Part shown: one piece after another, positions 50,213 to 60,907 of the stretch
Layout: each line of letters opens with the position of its first letter
How positions within the stretch are numbered: the stretch's first letter is position 1
NCBI GenBank assembly: GCA_964416505.1
Contig: CAYQEJ010000004.1
Coordinates: 59,331 to 123,330 of the forward strand
Direction of reading: 5' to 3'
Source: an uncultured Gammaproteobacteria bacterium
GTDB lineage: Bacteria; Patescibacteriota; Microgenomatia; Levybacterales; UBA12049
DNA length: 64,000 bases
The notes under the pieces: model-generated
What the model was told of the DNA's origin: nothing
Database searches by the model: none
The model's input: the letters and a program-made list of their open reading frames with translations, nothing else
Program-made: the position numbers and the translations under genes

Positions 50213-50753
50213 AAATATAGCTAATTATTTTATTATGAATCTCGTCAATTGGACCAGTTCCATCAATTTCTCTTAAAAGTCCTTCTTTTTTATAGAACTC
50301 AAGAACTTTTTCTCTATCTCTATCCTGATTTTCCCTTCTCTTTAAAACTATTTCTGGCTTATCGTCATCCCTTCCGCGATAAACCATTCTCTTTAACATT
50401 TCTTCTTTAGAAATATTTAAATAAAAAACATAATCAACCTTAAGTTTTTTTTCTTTAATATAATTATTAAAAGTCTCTAAGTCTTCTTGTGTACCAGGAA
50501 AATTATCAATTATACAGCCATTTACCGTTTCCTCAATTTTATCTTTTAAAAGCTCGAATTTAAGATTAACTGGAACATGCATTCCTTTCATGCTATATTT
50601 TTCAAATCCTTCAACTGCCCTAGGGTCTTTTCTTTCATATGCATCTCGAATCAAAGCACCCATAGAAAAAACTGGCAAGTTAATTCTTCCCCCCAACATT
50701 TTTGCTTGAGTATCTTTTCCTGAAAAAGGCGGACCAGTAAAAATAATTATCAT
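50205..50753 (-). CDS. Adenylate kinase-like NMP kinase (divergent paralog, short LID)
   Basis: P-loop GPPFSGKDT, SMGALIR, DNFPG in place of DGFPR, and RGRDDD. Confidence 0.8.
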   Translation of the reverse strand: MIIIFTGPPFSGKDTQAKMLGGRINLPVFSMGALIRDAYERKDPRAVEGFEKYSMKGMHVPVNLKFELLKDKIEETVNGCIIDNFPGTQEDLETFNNYIKEKKLKVDYVFYLNISKEEMLKRMVYRGRDDDKPEIVLKRRENQDRDREKVLEFYKKEGLLREIDGTGPIDEIHNKIISYIYG

Positions 50754-51310
50754 AATTTATTAAAAAGCTCTTCCAATTTTTCTTCTAAATTTCCTCCATT
50801 GTTTGAAATAAAATAATCAGCAACTGCAAAACACTTAGCTACCTGTAAACCATTAATTTCATTTTCAGAAATTCCTAAATCTCTATAATCAAGCCTATCG
50901 AAAAGCTCAGGTGTAAGTTCTTCTCGATTTTTTATTTTTTTTACTCTTTCGAATCTTATTTTTCTATCTGCTACAATTCCAAGCAATATAAATTTTTCAA
51001 ACTTCTTTAACTCTTCTATTTCACCTAAATTTCTTATTCCATCAATTACTGCTCTTTCAATATTATTTTCTCTAATAAAGTCGATTGCTTTTTTTGCCAG
51101 AACCCCAGCTCCTTCATTTTTTCTCCATAAATTCCCTAAGTCTTGCAGATTATTCCTAGTTATTTCTTTTTTATTTTTCGAGAGCTCTTTCTCAAGAAAT
51201 GATGAAAGAGTTATTTTAGTAAAATCTTTTGCTTGAAAAAAAGAAGCTGCGGTAGATTTTCCGCTACCAAATGGCCCGGTAATTCCTATAACAGTTACAT
51301 TCCCATTCAC
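50750..51310 (-). CDS. P-loop nucleotide kinase (dephospho-CoA kinase/UPF0200-like)
   Basis: GITGPFGSGKST, IDGIRN..E and ADYFISN motifs; ATG start at 51307 is possible. Confidence 0.7.
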   Translation of the reverse strand: MNGNVTVIGITGPFGSGKSTAASFFQAKDFTKITLSSFLEKELSKNKKEITRNNLQDLGNLWRKNEGAGVLAKKAIDFIRENNIERAVIDGIRNLGEIEELKKFEKFILLGIVADRKIRFERVKKIKNREELTPELFDRLDYRDLGISENEINGLQVAKCFAVADYFISNNGGNLEEKLEELFNKL

Positions 51311-51843
51311 TTCTGAATACTCCTGAGAATTTCTTTTGTAATATCTTCAACCGACTGTTCGCCATCAATCTCTATTAACTGTCCCTTTTCTCTATAATAT
51401 TCAATAACTGGTTCTGTAAATTTATGAAAAAGATCAATTCTTTTTCTAATGGCGATGAGCGTCTCATCCTCTCTTTCTGCTTCTCTTCCTGAAATCCTCC
51501 ATAGAGCTTCCTTATCTGAGATCTTTAAATAAATTACTTTATCAATTCCATTCTTAAAACTTTTAGCTTGAACTAAAGTTCTTGGATATCCATCCATAAT
51601 ATAACCTTTTTCATATTCTGAACGAGAAAGATAATCACTTACAATCTTATTTGTTTTTTTATCAGAGATAAGAAGTCCTGCATTCATAACCAACTTTATT
51701 TGACGTCCAAGTGGAGAATGCTCTTTAGCAAGATTTCTAAAAATATGTCCTGTTGATAAATATGGAATACCAAGTTTTTCAGAAAGATTATTTCCCTGTG
51801 TAGATTTTCCTGATCCTTGTATTCCAATTAAAATTAATTTCAT
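51307..51843 (-). CDS. adk: Adenylate kinase (short form)
   Basis: GIQGSGKST, STGHIFR and DGYPRT motifs; canonical position after secY; SD GGGGGTG. Confidence 0.9.
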   Translation of the reverse strand: MKLILIGIQGSGKSTQGNNLSEKLGIPYLSTGHIFRNLAKEHSPLGRQIKLVMNAGLLISDKKTNKIVSDYLSRSEYEKGYIMDGYPRTLVQAKSFKNGIDKVIYLKISDKEALWRISGREAEREDETLIAIRKRIDLFHKFTEPVIEYYREKGQLIEIDGEQSVEDITKEILRSIQK

Positions 51844-51859
51844 CAAAATCACCCCTTTT

Positions 51860-53146
51860 TTATTTTTGATAGATTTCGTAATTCTTCATTACAAGCTGTG
51901 CTTCTATTGATTTAATAGTTTCAAGTACTACTGAGACCACGATAAGCATTCCAGTTCCCCCCAGTAAAAGAGTTTGAACATCTGTAATATGTCTACTTAC
52001 TACTGGAAGAATTGCAATAAGACCTAAGAAAAGAGCACCACCTGATGTGATCCTAGATAATATGTAATTTAAGTACTTTGCGGTTTCTCCTCCTGGTCTA
52101 ATTCCTGGAATAAACCCTCCTTGTTTTTGAATCTCTTCAGAAATTTTCTTCGGATTAAAAACAACTGCCGTATAAAAATATGTAAAAACAACTACGAGAA
52201 CAAAATAAACAACATTGTAGGTCATACCATTTGGATTAAACCAAACTGAAACATTTGCAGCAAAACTTCTTAAAGCCGCATTTGAAGAAGCAGTTAAATA
52301 ATTAGCAAATAAGCTTGGCAGAAGAACCAAAGATACTGCAAAAATAATTGGTATTACTCCTGCCTGATTTAATCTAAGAGGCAAATGAGTTGACTGACCT
52401 CCATACATTTTATTTCCTCTAACTCTTTTTGCATAATTGATAGTTATTCTCCTTGTAGCTTCGTTCACAATAACAATCAAAATTACCACAGCTAAAGACA
52501 TCACTCCGAAAGTTAAAATATTAAATAAATTCTGAGATGAAGTTGTTGATGCTGTTTGCCCTAATGAAATAGGAAGTCTTCCTACTATTCCTGCAAATAT
52601 TAATACCGAAATTCCATTACCCACGCCTTTTTCTGTTATAAGCTCTCCAAGCCAAACCAAAAGCATTGTTCCTGCAGTCATCGTAAGAATAAAAGCTAAA
52701 ATCTGAATTGGATTATTCATAGCTATAATATTTTGACTCTTAAGAAGAGCAAACATTCCAACCGCTTGAACAGCAGCAAGAGGCACAGTAAGAATTCTTG
52801 TGTACTGATTAATTTTCTGCCTTCCAGTCTCTCCTTCTTTTTGAAGCTCTTCAAGCTTTGGAAATACCAAAGTTCCAAGATTCATAATAATAGATGCGTT
52901 AATGTATGGATTAAGTCCTAAAGCCATTACAGAAAAATTGGCTAACGTTCCACCTGAAAAAATATCTAAAAGACCTAGAAGTTGGTTTTGTGAAAATAAA
53001 GATTTAAGCTGAACAAGATCAACTCCAGAAACTGGAATATGTGCGAATATGCGGAAAACTACGAGGACTAAAGCCGTAAAAAGTATTTTTCTTCGAACGT
53101 CTGGAGCTCGAAAAATATTTCTAAATAAACTTAAAAGATTATCCAT
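51860..53146 (-). CDS. secY: Preprotein translocase subunit SecY
   Basis: [28 protein letters not shown] and IPGIRPG motifs. Confidence 0.99.
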   Translation of the reverse strand: MDNLLSLFRNIFRAPDVRRKILFTALVLVVFRIFAHIPVSGVDLVQLKSLFSQNQLLGLLDIFSGGTLANFSVMALGLNPYINASIIMNLGTLVFPKLEELQKEGETGRQKINQYTRILTVPLAAVQAVGMFALLKSQNIIAMNNPIQILAFILTMTAGTMLLVWLGELITEKGVGNGISVLIFAGIVGRLPISLGQTASTTSSQNLFNILTFGVMSLAVVILIVIVNEATRRITINYAKRVRGNKMYGGQSTHLPLRLNQAGVIPIIFAVSLVLLPSLFANYLTASSNAALRSFAANVSVWFNPNGMTYNVVYFVLVVVFTYFYTAVVFNPKKISEEIQKQGGFIPGIRPGGETAKYLNYILSRITSGGALFLGLIAILPVVSRHITDVQTLLLGGTGMLIVVSVVLETIKSIEAQLVMKNYEIYQK

Positions 53147-53154
53147 TTATGGGA

Positions 53155-53607
53155 TTATTTCTTTGGATTAAGCTCTAATTTTCCACCTGCTTTTTCAATT
53201 TTCTTTAGAGCGCTATTTGAAACTGGAATTCTAAATATTAAGCTTTCCTTAATCTCTCCATCTCCTAGTATTTTAACACCAAATTCTTTTGCGTCGTTTG
53301 CTTTAACAATTCCCCTCTTAACAAGCGATTCGACATCTACTACATCATTCTTTTTAAAATCCACTAAATATTTTAAATTAACAATTAATGGAACATTTCT
53401 AAAACTTTTATTTCTACCTTTACCACGCCTAAATGGAAGTCTTTTAATTAATGGTAGAGCTCCTCCTTCGAAATACAAAGGAACTTTACCTCTAGCTTTT
53501 TGACCCTTCGTTCCTCTTCCTCCTGTTTTAACTTTTCCTGATCCATGACCTTGACCTAGTCTTTTTTTAGATTTTGATTTTATTTTTACTAACTTATTAA
53601 GACTCAT
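53155..53607 (-). CDS. rplO: 50S ribosomal protein L15
   Basis: GRGTKGQKAR, FEGG, KILGDG and KIEKAGG motifs. Confidence 0.97.
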   Translation of the reverse strand: MSLNKLVKIKSKSKKRLGQGHGSGKVKTGGRGTKGQKARGKVPLYFEGGALPLIKRLPFRRGKGRNKSFRNVPLIVNLKYLVDFKKNDVVDVESLVKRGIVKANDAKEFGVKILGDGEIKESLIFRIPVSNSALKKIEKAGGKLELNPKK

Positions 53608-54107
53608 TATTTAGTTTTCCTTTCTTCTTCCCTCTTATATCTTTGAGCCAAAAGTCTCAATGCTTCAATCGTTGCATAAACATTACTTGCTTGATTTTTC
53701 GTACCAAGAACTTTAGAAGAGATATTGTGAATTCCAGCAGCTGTCACAACACTTCTAACTGCTCCACCAGCGATTACACCTGATCCCGGAGGTGCTGGCT
53801 TAATTAAAACCTTTGCTGCACCTAATTTTATATAAAATTCAAAAGGAATCGTACCATTTATGATTGGAACTTCAACTAAATTTTTCTTTGCAGTTAGAAC
53901 TCCTTTTCTAATCGCCGCAGAAACATCAGGCGCTTTTCCAAGACCAACCCCTACTTTTCCTTTTCCATCTCCCACAACTGCGAGAGCAGAAAAACCTATC
54001 TTATTTCCACCTTTTGTTTTTTTAGAAACACGGCTTACCTGAACAATTTTTTCTTCAAAATCATCCTGTCTTCGGTCTATTTGATTCGTAAATCTTGCGT
54101 CAGCCAT
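53607..54107 (-). CDS. rpsE: 30S ribosomal protein S5
   Basis: RVSKKTKGG, VVGD and PGSGVIAGG motifs. Confidence 0.98.
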   Translation of the reverse strand: MADARFTNQIDRRQDDFEEKIVQVSRVSKKTKGGNKIGFSALAVVGDGKGKVGVGLGKAPDVSAAIRKGVLTAKKNLVEVPIINGTIPFEFYIKLGAAKVLIKPAPPGSGVIAGGAVRSVVTAAGIHNISSKVLGTKNQASNVYATIEALRLLAQRYKREEERKTK

Positions 54108-54448
54108 TAGAATTCCATTCCTCCTTCACGTAATCCTTCTGCGATGTTTTTAATTCTTCCATGATATGCATAACTTCCTCTATCAAAAATTATTTTTGTT
54201 ATTTTTTTTGTTTTTAATTTATTGGCTAATTCCAATCCAAGAGCTTTTGCTTTTTCTGTTTTGGTTCCAGTTGCTTTAATATTTTTTTGTGAAATCCCAA
54301 CAATTGTTACACCTTTTATATCATCAATCGCTTGTGCCGCAACATATTTGTTTGACCTATATACTGAGACTCTTGGTCTATCGCTAGATGCATTTATTTT
54401 AGATCTAACTCTTATTTGTCTCTTATTTTTTCTAGCTAATTTGTTCAT
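54107..54448 (-). CDS. rplR: 50S ribosomal protein L18
   Basis: RPRVSVYRSN and FDRGSYAYHGR motifs. Confidence 0.97.
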   Translation of the reverse strand: MNKLARKNKRQIRVRSKINASSDRPRVSVYRSNKYVAAQAIDDIKGVTIVGISQKNIKATGTKTEKAKALGLELANKLKTKKITKIIFDRGSYAYHGRIKNIAEGLREGGMEF

Positions 54449-54450
54449 AA

Positions 54451-55008
54451 TTATTTTGCTCCTGCAGCTCCTACTGCTTTTGCCGCCTTTCCAACTTTTC
54501 TCCTAATTCTTTCTCCCTGATACTTAATTCCTTTTCCTTTGTATGGCTCAGGTGGTCGCACACGTCTTACCTCCGCTGCAACATCTCCCACCATTGCCTT
54601 ATCTACTCCTGAGACTATAACCACATTGTCTTCAACGCTAAAAGAAATTGTTGGATCAGCTTTTATAATAACAGGATGCGAATAACCAACAGATAAAGTT
54701 AAAGTACTACCTGATGCTTGCGCCCGATAACCTACTCCAGTTAATTCTAGCTTTTTTGTAAAACCATCACTAACTCCTTTAACCATATTTGCAACATATG
54801 CTCTAACAAGCCCTGACAATGCTCTTGCTTTATCATTATCTTCTGTTTGTTTAACCAATACATTTCCTTCTTCAATTTTCACACTAACTCCACCGGGAAG
54901 CGGGAAAACTAAATTTCCTTTTGCACCACTTACCTTCACTTCATTATTTTCAAGTGTTACTGTAACTCCTTCTTTTATTTGAACTGGTATTTTAGCAATT
55001 TTAGACAT
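54451..55008 (-). CDS. rplF: 50S ribosomal protein L6
   Basis: GVGYRA and RPPEPYKGKGI motifs. Confidence 0.98.
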   Translation of the reverse strand: MSKIAKIPVQIKEGVTVTLENNEVKVSGAKGNLVFPLPGGVSVKIEEGNVLVKQTEDNDKARALSGLVRAYVANMVKGVSDGFTKKLELTGVGYRAQASGSTLTLSVGYSHPVIIKADPTISFSVEDNVVIVSGVDKAMVGDVAAEVRRVRPPEPYKGKGIKYQGERIRRKVGKAAKAVGAAGAK

Positions 55009-55023
55009 ATATATAAACTCTTA

Positions 55024-55416
55024 TTACCAAATCTCGAATAAGATTTCTCCTCCTACTCCTTTTTTCTTTGCATCAGCTCCACTCATCACGCCTTGGCTTG
55101 TTGATAGAACTACCTTATGCTTTCCACGTCTTTCTACTCCAGCTATTTTATCTGCACCCTTGTAAACTCTAAGAGATGGCTTAGAAACGATTACCACATC
55201 TGATAAAACAGGATTTCTCTTCTCATAGGAAATAGTTACCTGAAGAGTTCTCTTATTTCCATCTTTTATTTCTTTAACTTCTTCTAAAAATCCTTCTTTT
55301 TGTAAAACTTTCCCGATTTCCTTATTAATATTTGAATAAGGAAGCACTATTTGTTTTCTCCTTGCTAAAGAAGCATTTTTTATTCTAATTATAAAATCCG
55401 AAACTGAATGATTCAT
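55024..55416 (-). CDS. rpsH: 30S ribosomal protein S8
   Basis: DFIIRIKNA, SKPSLRVY, STSQG and GGE motifs. Confidence 0.98.
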   Translation of the reverse strand: MNHSVSDFIIRIKNASLARRKQIVLPYSNINKEIGKVLQKEGFLEEVKEIKDGNKRTLQVTISYEKRNPVLSDVVIVSKPSLRVYKGADKIAGVERRGKHKVVLSTSQGVMSGADAKKKGVGGEILFEIW

Positions 55417-55418
55417 AT

Positions 55419-55604
55419 TTACCAGCTTGCCTTTATTACTCCAGGCATTTCTCCTTTCGATGCTAATTCTCTAAAACAAATTCTACAAATTCCAAATTTC
55501 CTCATGTAGCCTCTGTTTCTTCCACAAATCTTACATATATTCTTGTGTCGAACTGAAAACTTTTGCTTTTTTTGATATTTAACTACATTTGATTTTTTTG
55601 CCAT
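55419..55604 (-). CDS. rpsN: 30S ribosomal protein S14 (zinc-binding short type)
   Basis: 61 aa with CKICGR..ICRICFR and KASW. Confidence 0.97.
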   Translation of the reverse strand: MAKKSNVVKYQKKQKFSVRHKNICKICGRNRGYMRKFGICRICFRELASKGEMPGVIKASW

Positions 55605-55607
55605 ATA

Positions 55608-56147
55608 TTATTTTTGAAAAGGCATTCCTAAGGCTTTTAAGAGCGCCATTCCCTCCTTATTATCTCTAGCAGATGTAACAATTGTTATTTCTAAGCCTTG
55701 TGTTCTCTCAAGTTTTGACGGATCTATTTCTGGAAAAACAATTGGCTCTGCAAAACCTAACGAATAATTCCCTCTACCATCAAAACTTTTTACTGACACT
55801 CCTCTGAAATCTCTTAAACGAGGAAGAACAATATTAACTAATTTTTCATAAAAATCATACATTCTTTTTCCCCTAAGAGTTACTGCCACTCCAATTTTAT
55901 CTCCTTCTCTGAGCTTAAAAGTAGCAATTGATTTTCTAGCTTTGGTAATCTTGGGTTTTTGTCCAGTAATCTGTGATAAAACACCTGCTGCGATTTCAAC
56001 ATTTTTTTTATCAGCAATTGCATCTTTTACCCCAGTATTTATAACAATCTTTTTAAGTTTTGGAATTGCAAAGAAATTATTTATCTCCAATTCTTTCTGA
56101 AGATCGTTAACTATTTTTGTATTAAATTTTGTCATTAAATTATCCAT
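55608..56147 (-). CDS. rplE: 50S ribosomal protein L5
   Basis: ITGQKP, VTLRG, LPRLRDFRG and FDGRGNY motifs; start moved to 56147. Confidence 0.98.
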   Translation of the reverse strand: MDNLMTKFNTKIVNDLQKELEINNFFAIPKLKKIVINTGVKDAIADKKNVEIAAGVLSQITGQKPKITKARKSIATFKLREGDKIGVAVTLRGKRMYDFYEKLVNIVLPRLRDFRGVSVKSFDGRGNYSLGFAEPIVFPEIDPSKLERTQGLEITIVTSARDNKEGMALLKALGMPFQK

Positions 56148-56149
56148 AA

Positions 56150-56455
56150 TTAAATTTTCTTTTCGCACTTAGCGCAAATTCTAACCTTTTCTTTGTTATC
56201 AAGTTTATATGCTATTCTTGTTTCCTTATGACAGTTCGGACAAATTAAAGAAACATTTTGAGCCGGAAAAGGTCTTACAATATCTCTAATCTCTGAAGGC
56301 TTATCTTGAACTCTTGATTTGTAATGTCTTTTATAAACATTAAGCCCAGGAATCAAAACAGAATTTAGCTTATCAAAAACCTTTTCAATCTTTCCTCTTT
56401 TTCCTTTATCTTTTCCTCTTGTAATAATAACTTCGTCACCTTTTTTAAGTTTCAT
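56150..56455 (-). CDS. rplX: 50S ribosomal protein L24
   Basis: KKGDEVIITRGKDKGKRG (KOW) with two CxxC motifs. Confidence 0.96.
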   Translation of the reverse strand: MKLKKGDEVIITRGKDKGKRGKIEKVFDKLNSVLIPGLNVYKRHYKSRVQDKPSEIRDIVRPFPAQNVSLICPNCHKETRIAYKLDNKEKVRICAKCEKKI

Positions 56456-56456
56456 A

Positions 56457-56831
56457 TTATAACACCTCAACAGCCATACTTGAAATTTTCATAAATCCTT
56501 TATCTCTAATTTCTCTTGCGACTGGTCCAAAAATACGAGTCCCAACTGGATTCTTATCTGTTTTATTATCGATTACTACTGCTGCATTATCAGAGAATCT
56601 AATAAATGATCCGTCTGCTCTTCTGAATTCTTTTCTTGATCTCACAAGCACTGCTTCAACCATTTCACTTTCTTTTACAGTTCCAGTAGGAGATGCTTCT
56701 TTTACAACGCACTTAATTACATCTCCAATATAACCAAATCTTCTCTTGGATCCATTTCTTGCTTGGATAACTAGTAAAATTTTTGCTCCACTATTATCTG
56801 CGACTCTTAAAAGACTTCTATGCTGTACCAT
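56457..56831 (-). CDS. rplN: 50S ribosomal protein L14
   Basis: VADNSGAK and [11 protein letters not shown] motifs. Confidence 0.98.
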   Translation of the reverse strand: MVQHRSLLRVADNSGAKILLVIQARNGSKRRFGYIGDVIKCVVKEASPTGTVKESEMVEAVLVRSRKEFRRADGSFIRFSDNAAVVIDNKTDKNPVGTRIFGPVAREIRDKGFMKISSMAVEVL

Positions 56832-57163
56832 TATTTGATTGCCTTTGAAGGACTTCCTTTCTTAGATTTTACTGATTTCTTAACTTCTTTTACTTCTTTT
56901 GGCTTCTCATCTTTTTGCACTAATTTAGCTTTTTGTCCGACAACTTCCATAATCTTAAAATATTTACTTTTTGAAATTGGTCTAGTTTCTACGATTTTCA
57001 CTTTGTTTCCAATTTCTATTTCGAATCCAGTTGTATCTGCTTTTAATTTTTTACTAAGTCTTATTAATTTTTTATACAATGGATGTGGAGTTCTTCTGGT
57101 AATTTCCACTACCGCTGTATTATTTTTATCTTTTGACACTACTAATCCTTCAAAAATTTTCAT
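56831..57163 (-). CDS. rpsQ: 30S ribosomal protein S17 with a Lys-rich tail
   Basis: GLVVS, HPLYKK and ETRPISKSK motifs. Confidence 0.96.
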   Translation of the reverse strand: MKIFEGLVVSKDKNNTAVVEITRRTPHPLYKKLIRLSKKLKADTTGFEIEIGNKVKIVETRPISKSKYFKIMEVVGQKAKLVQKDEKPKEVKEVKKSVKSKKGSPSKAIK

Positions 57164-57164
57164 A

Positions 57165-57395
57165 TTACTTTGCTACCTCTACTTTCTTTTCTTCTTTGGG
57201 CATTAATTCCTTTTCTCTTAATAGAGTTAAGATTCTAGCAATTTCTTTCCTAGTATTAAAGATACTTCTAGAATTCTTTAATGTATTTTTTTTGCTATCC
57301 ATAATTAATTTAAATAACTCTTCTCTCTTAGAAGATACTAAATCTCTTAATTCTTTTTCACTCTTTACGCTAATTTCATTAACATTTTTTTTCAT
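57165..57395 (-). CDS. rpmC: 50S ribosomal protein L29
   Basis: RKEIARILT motif and conserved synteny. Confidence 0.93.
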   Translation of the reverse strand: MKKNVNEISVKSEKELRDLVSSKREELFKLIMDSKKNTLKNSRSIFNTRKEIARILTLLREKELMPKEEKKVEVAK

Positions 57396-57397
57396 AA

Positions 57398-57802
57398 TTA
57401 TTTATCTACAATTCTTGTTGTAACGCTAAGCTTATGAGCTGCTAACCTAAGAGCTTGATGCGCAACATCTGCTGGAACTCCTGCCATCTCAAAAAGCATT
57501 CTGCCTTTTTTTACTGGCGCTACAAACTCCGCAACATCTCCTTTTCCTCCACCCATTCTTACCTCAGGTGGTTTTTTACTAATTGGCTTATCTGGAAAAA
57601 TTCTTATCCAAACACGTCCACCACGCTGTGTATAGTGAGTAATTGCTCTTCTTGCTGCCTCTATCTGACGAGCTGAAATCCAACCAGTTTGCTCACTTAC
57701 CAGTCCAAAATCTCCAAAAGAAATTTTCGTTCCAGCATGCGCTACTCCTTTTAAATTTCCCCTAAATTGTTTTCTATATTTTGCTCTTTTAGGTGTTAAC
57801 AT
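57398..57802 (-). CDS. rplP: 50S ribosomal protein L16
   Basis: QIEAAR, WIRIFPDKP and RMGGGKG motifs. Confidence 0.98.
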   Translation of the reverse strand: MLTPKRAKYRKQFRGNLKGVAHAGTKISFGDFGLVSEQTGWISARQIEAARRAITHYTQRGGRVWIRIFPDKPISKKPPEVRMGGGKGDVAEFVAPVKKGRMLFEMAGVPADVAHQALRLAAHKLSVTTRIVDK

Positions 57803-58446
57803 TATTCTTCCTTTCTATTGATCCAAACCTTTACCCCAATGTAACCCTTCTTTGTTAAAGATGGTACGCTTGCATAATTTACATGTTCTCTAATTGTAGA
57901 TAATGGCACGGTTCCCTGCTGAAGTTTTTCACGTCTTCCGATTTCTGCTCCACCAATTCTTCCCGATAGAATAACTCTAATTCCAAGCGCACCAGATGCC
58001 ATTGCTCGCTCAACAGCTTGACCCATAACTCTCTTATGCGGCATTCTTCTAGCAAGTTGATCTGAAATATTTTTTGCAACCAAATAAGCATCAAGATTTG
58101 GTTCTTTTACCGGTTCTATTCTAATATCTAATTTTGGAAGATTTTTCTTTCCTTTATTTTTAGAAAGAAGTTCCACTAAAAACTTTTTAAGATCTTCTAG
58201 TCCCGCTCCGCCTCGTCCGATAACCATTCCAGGCTTCGAGACATAAGCTGTAACCTTAATGCTATTTATGCTTCGCTCGATTTCTACGGTTGAAACTCCA
58301 GCTCCTTTTAATCTTTCAATTATAGATTTTCTCAAATGATAATCTTCTAAAAGGGTTTGAGCATAGTTTCTATCATCAAACCATCTGGAATCCCAATTAT
58401 AAATTGGTCCTATTCTAAATAATTTTGGATTTACTTTATGACCCAT
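57802..58446 (-). CDS. rpsC: 30S ribosomal protein S3
   Basis: MGHKVNP, PGMVIGRGG, SGRIGGAEI and GVKVWI motifs. Confidence 0.98.
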   Translation of the reverse strand: MGHKVNPKLFRIGPIYNWDSRWFDDRNYAQTLLEDYHLRKSIIERLKGAGVSTVEIERSINSIKVTAYVSKPGMVIGRGGAGLEDLKKFLVELLSKNKGKKNLPKLDIRIEPVKEPNLDAYLVAKNISDQLARRMPHKRVMGQAVERAMASGALGIRVILSGRIGGAEIGRREKLQQGTVPLSTIREHVNYASVPSLTKKGYIGVKVWINRKEE

Positions 58447-58447
58447 T

Positions 58448-58792
58448 TTACTTCGATGCCTCCTTTTCCTCTAATACAATTCTTATATTGCTTGTCCTTT
58501 TCTTATATCTATGGATTCTACCTCTGGTAGAAGGCCTAAATCTTTTCAAAGATGTCCCTTCTCCAACATCGATACTTTTTATTTTTAAATTATTTTTGTC
58601 TAATTTTGAGTTATTTACAGCATTAGCTACAGCTGCATTGAGCGCCTTTCCTAAATCAGTTGCTCCTCTTTTTTCAATAACTGTTAAAGCATCCAACGCT
58701 TCAGGAATACTCAAATTCCTTATAGCATCTGCTACTATCCTTACTTTTCTCGTACTTGTTCTAACTTCATTAAATCTTGTTATAGTTTGCAT
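58448..58792 (-). CDS. rplV: 50S ribosomal protein L22
   Basis: RKVRIVAD, AVANA and KRFRP..RGR..KRTS motifs. Confidence 0.97.
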   Translation of the reverse strand: MQTITRFNEVRTSTRKVRIVADAIRNLSIPEALDALTVIEKRGATDLGKALNAAVANAVNNSKLDKNNLKIKSIDVGEGTSLKRFRPSTRGRIHRYKKRTSNIRIVLEEKEASK

Positions 58793-58801
58793 ATATTCTC
58801 C

Positions 58802-59086
58802 TTATGTCTTTGAAATTTCTCTAGCTACAATTCTTCCATGTGATCTAAATGTTCTAGTTGGAGAGAATTCTCCGAGACGATGTCCTACCATTCCCTCAAC
58901 AACATATACATTTATGAAATTCTTTCCATTGTGCACCGCGAAATTATGTCCCACAAACTCAGGTGGAATTTGACATGCCCTTGCCCATGTTTTTATAGCC
59001 GCTTTATCACCGGTTTGCTTCTGCATGTTTACTTTTTTTAATAATTTTGCGTCCACGAATGGACCCTTTTTACTACTCCTTGCCAT
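58802..59086 (-). CDS. rpsS: 30S ribosomal protein S19
   Basis: KKGPFVD, VHNGK and [13 protein letters not shown] motifs. Confidence 0.98.
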   Translation of the reverse strand: MARSSKKGPFVDAKLLKKVNMQKQTGDKAAIKTWARACQIPPEFVGHNFAVHNGKNFINVYVVEGMVGHRLGEFSPTRTFRSHGRIVAREISKT

Positions 59087-59088
59087 AT

Positions 59089-59826
59089 TTACTTAGTACC
59101 CCTTTTTTTTAATATAAATTTATTTGAATACTTTTTCGGATTTCTGGTTTTCCCAAATGCAGGACGACCCGCATATGTCTTTGGACGTTTTAGACCGATT
59201 CCTGAGCGTCCTTCTCCTCCTCCATGAGCATGTGATCTTGGATTCTGAGCTACTCCTCTTACAGTTGGCCTAATACCCATGTGCCTTCTTCTTCCAGCTT
59301 TTCCAAAAAACTCATTTTTCCAGTCAATGTTTGAAAGCACCCCGACAGTTGCCATACAAGCTCCAAGAACTCTTCTAACTTCTCCCGAAGGAAGTTTCAC
59401 ATGAACATAATTTCCTTCTCTTGCTTGAACTACTGCTCCAACTCCCGCACCTCTCGCAAGCTGTCCTCCTCTACCGGGTGTTAGCTCAACATTATGAACT
59501 ACTGTTCCAACTGGAATACTTGATAAAGGAAGGGAATTTCCTACTTTAGAAGAAACATCCTTTCCCGAGCTAATTTTATCGTTAACTTTTAGATCAAGAG
59601 GAGCAATTATATATCTTTTTTCTCCATCTGCATAGTGAACGAGCGCAATATCTGCAGTTCTGTTTGGATCATACTCGATAGAGACTACGCGACCAACTGT
59701 TCCAGATTTATCTCTTTTGAAATCTATTTTTCTAAGAAATCTTTTATGTTCTCCACCCTGATGTCTAACAACTACTTTTCCATTGCTTCTTCCTGCATTT
59801 TTCTTTCTAATTACTTTTAATTTCAT
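59089..59826 (-). CDS. rplB: 50S ribosomal protein L2, N-terminally shortened
   Basis: EYDPNRTA and [19 protein letters not shown] motifs. Confidence 0.98.
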   Translation of the reverse strand: MKLKVIRKKNAGRSNGKVVVRHQGGEHKRFLRKIDFKRDKSGTVGRVVSIEYDPNRTADIALVHYADGEKRYIIAPLDLKVNDKISSGKDVSSKVGNSLPLSSIPVGTVVHNVELTPGRGGQLARGAGVGAVVQAREGNYVHVKLPSGEVRRVLGACMATVGVLSNIDWKNEFFGKAGRRRHMGIRPTVRGVAQNPRSHAHGGGEGRSGIGLKRPKTYAGRPAFGKTRNPKKYSNKFILKKRGTK

Positions 59827-59828
59827 AT

Positions 59829-60119
59829 TTAACTTTCTCCTCCTAATTCAAATAACCCAATTTTTTCTCCTTTTTTAAGAGTTACGATTGCTTTTTTCCA
59901 AGCAGTAAGAGATTTTTCATTTCTTCTTGCACCAACTCTAATTGATTTTCCTTTTAAAATATTTGTTGTAATTTTAGTCACATTTACACTAAATCTTTTT
60001 TCAATTTCTTTTTTGATTTCATCTTTATTAGCAGTTTTTAAAACTTTAAATGTAAATTTCCCATTACCTGCATCCAGCATAGATTTTTCTGTAATTAAAG
60101 CTTGAATTATTGCACTCAT
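59829..60119 (-). CDS. rplW: 50S ribosomal protein L23
   Basis: ITEKS, ANK.EIK and WKKAIVTL motifs. Confidence 0.97.
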   Translation of the reverse strand: MSAIIQALITEKSMLDAGNGKFTFKVLKTANKDEIKKEIEKRFSVNVTKITTNILKGKSIRVGARRNEKSLTAWKKAIVTLKKGEKIGLFELGGES

Positions 60120-60907
60120 TATTTAGCACTCCTTTTTACTCCGCCAAGCGGAGCTAAAACTTCAACTGATTCTTTCATAAAAAGTATATTTTTATTTTTC
60201 AAAACCTCATAAGTATTTAAAAGTTTTGCATTCATAACTTCTACGTTTTTTATATTCCTTGCAGCTCTATAAACATTTGGTAATTCTTTTGGATTTGCAG
60301 AAATTACGAGCAAAACTCTATTCTTTGACTTTACATCTTCAGTTACTTTTACAATTAATTGATTCATGTTTTTTGTTTTTGCTTCTATCTTATCTAAACC
60401 CGAAAGAACAGTAATAGATCCTTCTTTTGCTTTTAGAGAAAGAGCGGATAAAAGAGCTGCTTTTTTCATTTTCTGAGGCATAGAAAGAGAATAATCTCTT
60501 AATCTTGGTCCATGAGCAACTCCTCCCTTTACAAAAATCGGAGCTCTCTTTCCTCCATGTCTTGCTCCACCTGTTCCTTTTTGTCTATAAATTTTCTTAG
60601 TTGATCCTATTACCTCTCCTCTTGTTAAGGTCTTAGCAGATCCTATTCTCTGATTTGCTAGATAAACCCTAACAGCTTGAGCCATGAGAGCATCATTTAT
60701 TTTTCCACCAAATACTTCTTTAGGAAGTGAAAATGTTCCATTTTTAGCACCTTTTACATCAAACATTGGGGCGTTCAAACCAGACACTTTTACTTCTGCT
60801 TCTACTTTTTCTGTTTTCGTAACTTTTGATACAGCAACCTTTTTAGCTGCTGCCTTTTTTACGGGTGTTTTTACTTCTTTAATTGTTTTTGTTTTACTTG
60901 TCGCCAT
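60119..60907 (-). CDS. rplD: 50S ribosomal protein L4 with a Lys/Ala-rich N-terminal extension
   Basis: KIYRQKGTGGARHG, GGVAHGP and AARNI motifs. Confidence 0.97.
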   Translation of the reverse strand: MATSKTKTIKEVKTPVKKAAAKKVAVSKVTKTEKVEAEVKVSGLNAPMFDVKGAKNGTFSLPKEVFGGKINDALMAQAVRVYLANQRIGSAKTLTRGEVIGSTKKIYRQKGTGGARHGGKRAPIFVKGGVAHGPRLRDYSLSMPQKMKKAALLSALSLKAKEGSITVLSGLDKIEAKTKNMNQLIVKVTEDVKSKNRVLLVISANPKELPNVYRAARNIKNVEVMNAKLLNTYEVLKNKNILFMKESVEVLAPLGGVKRSAK

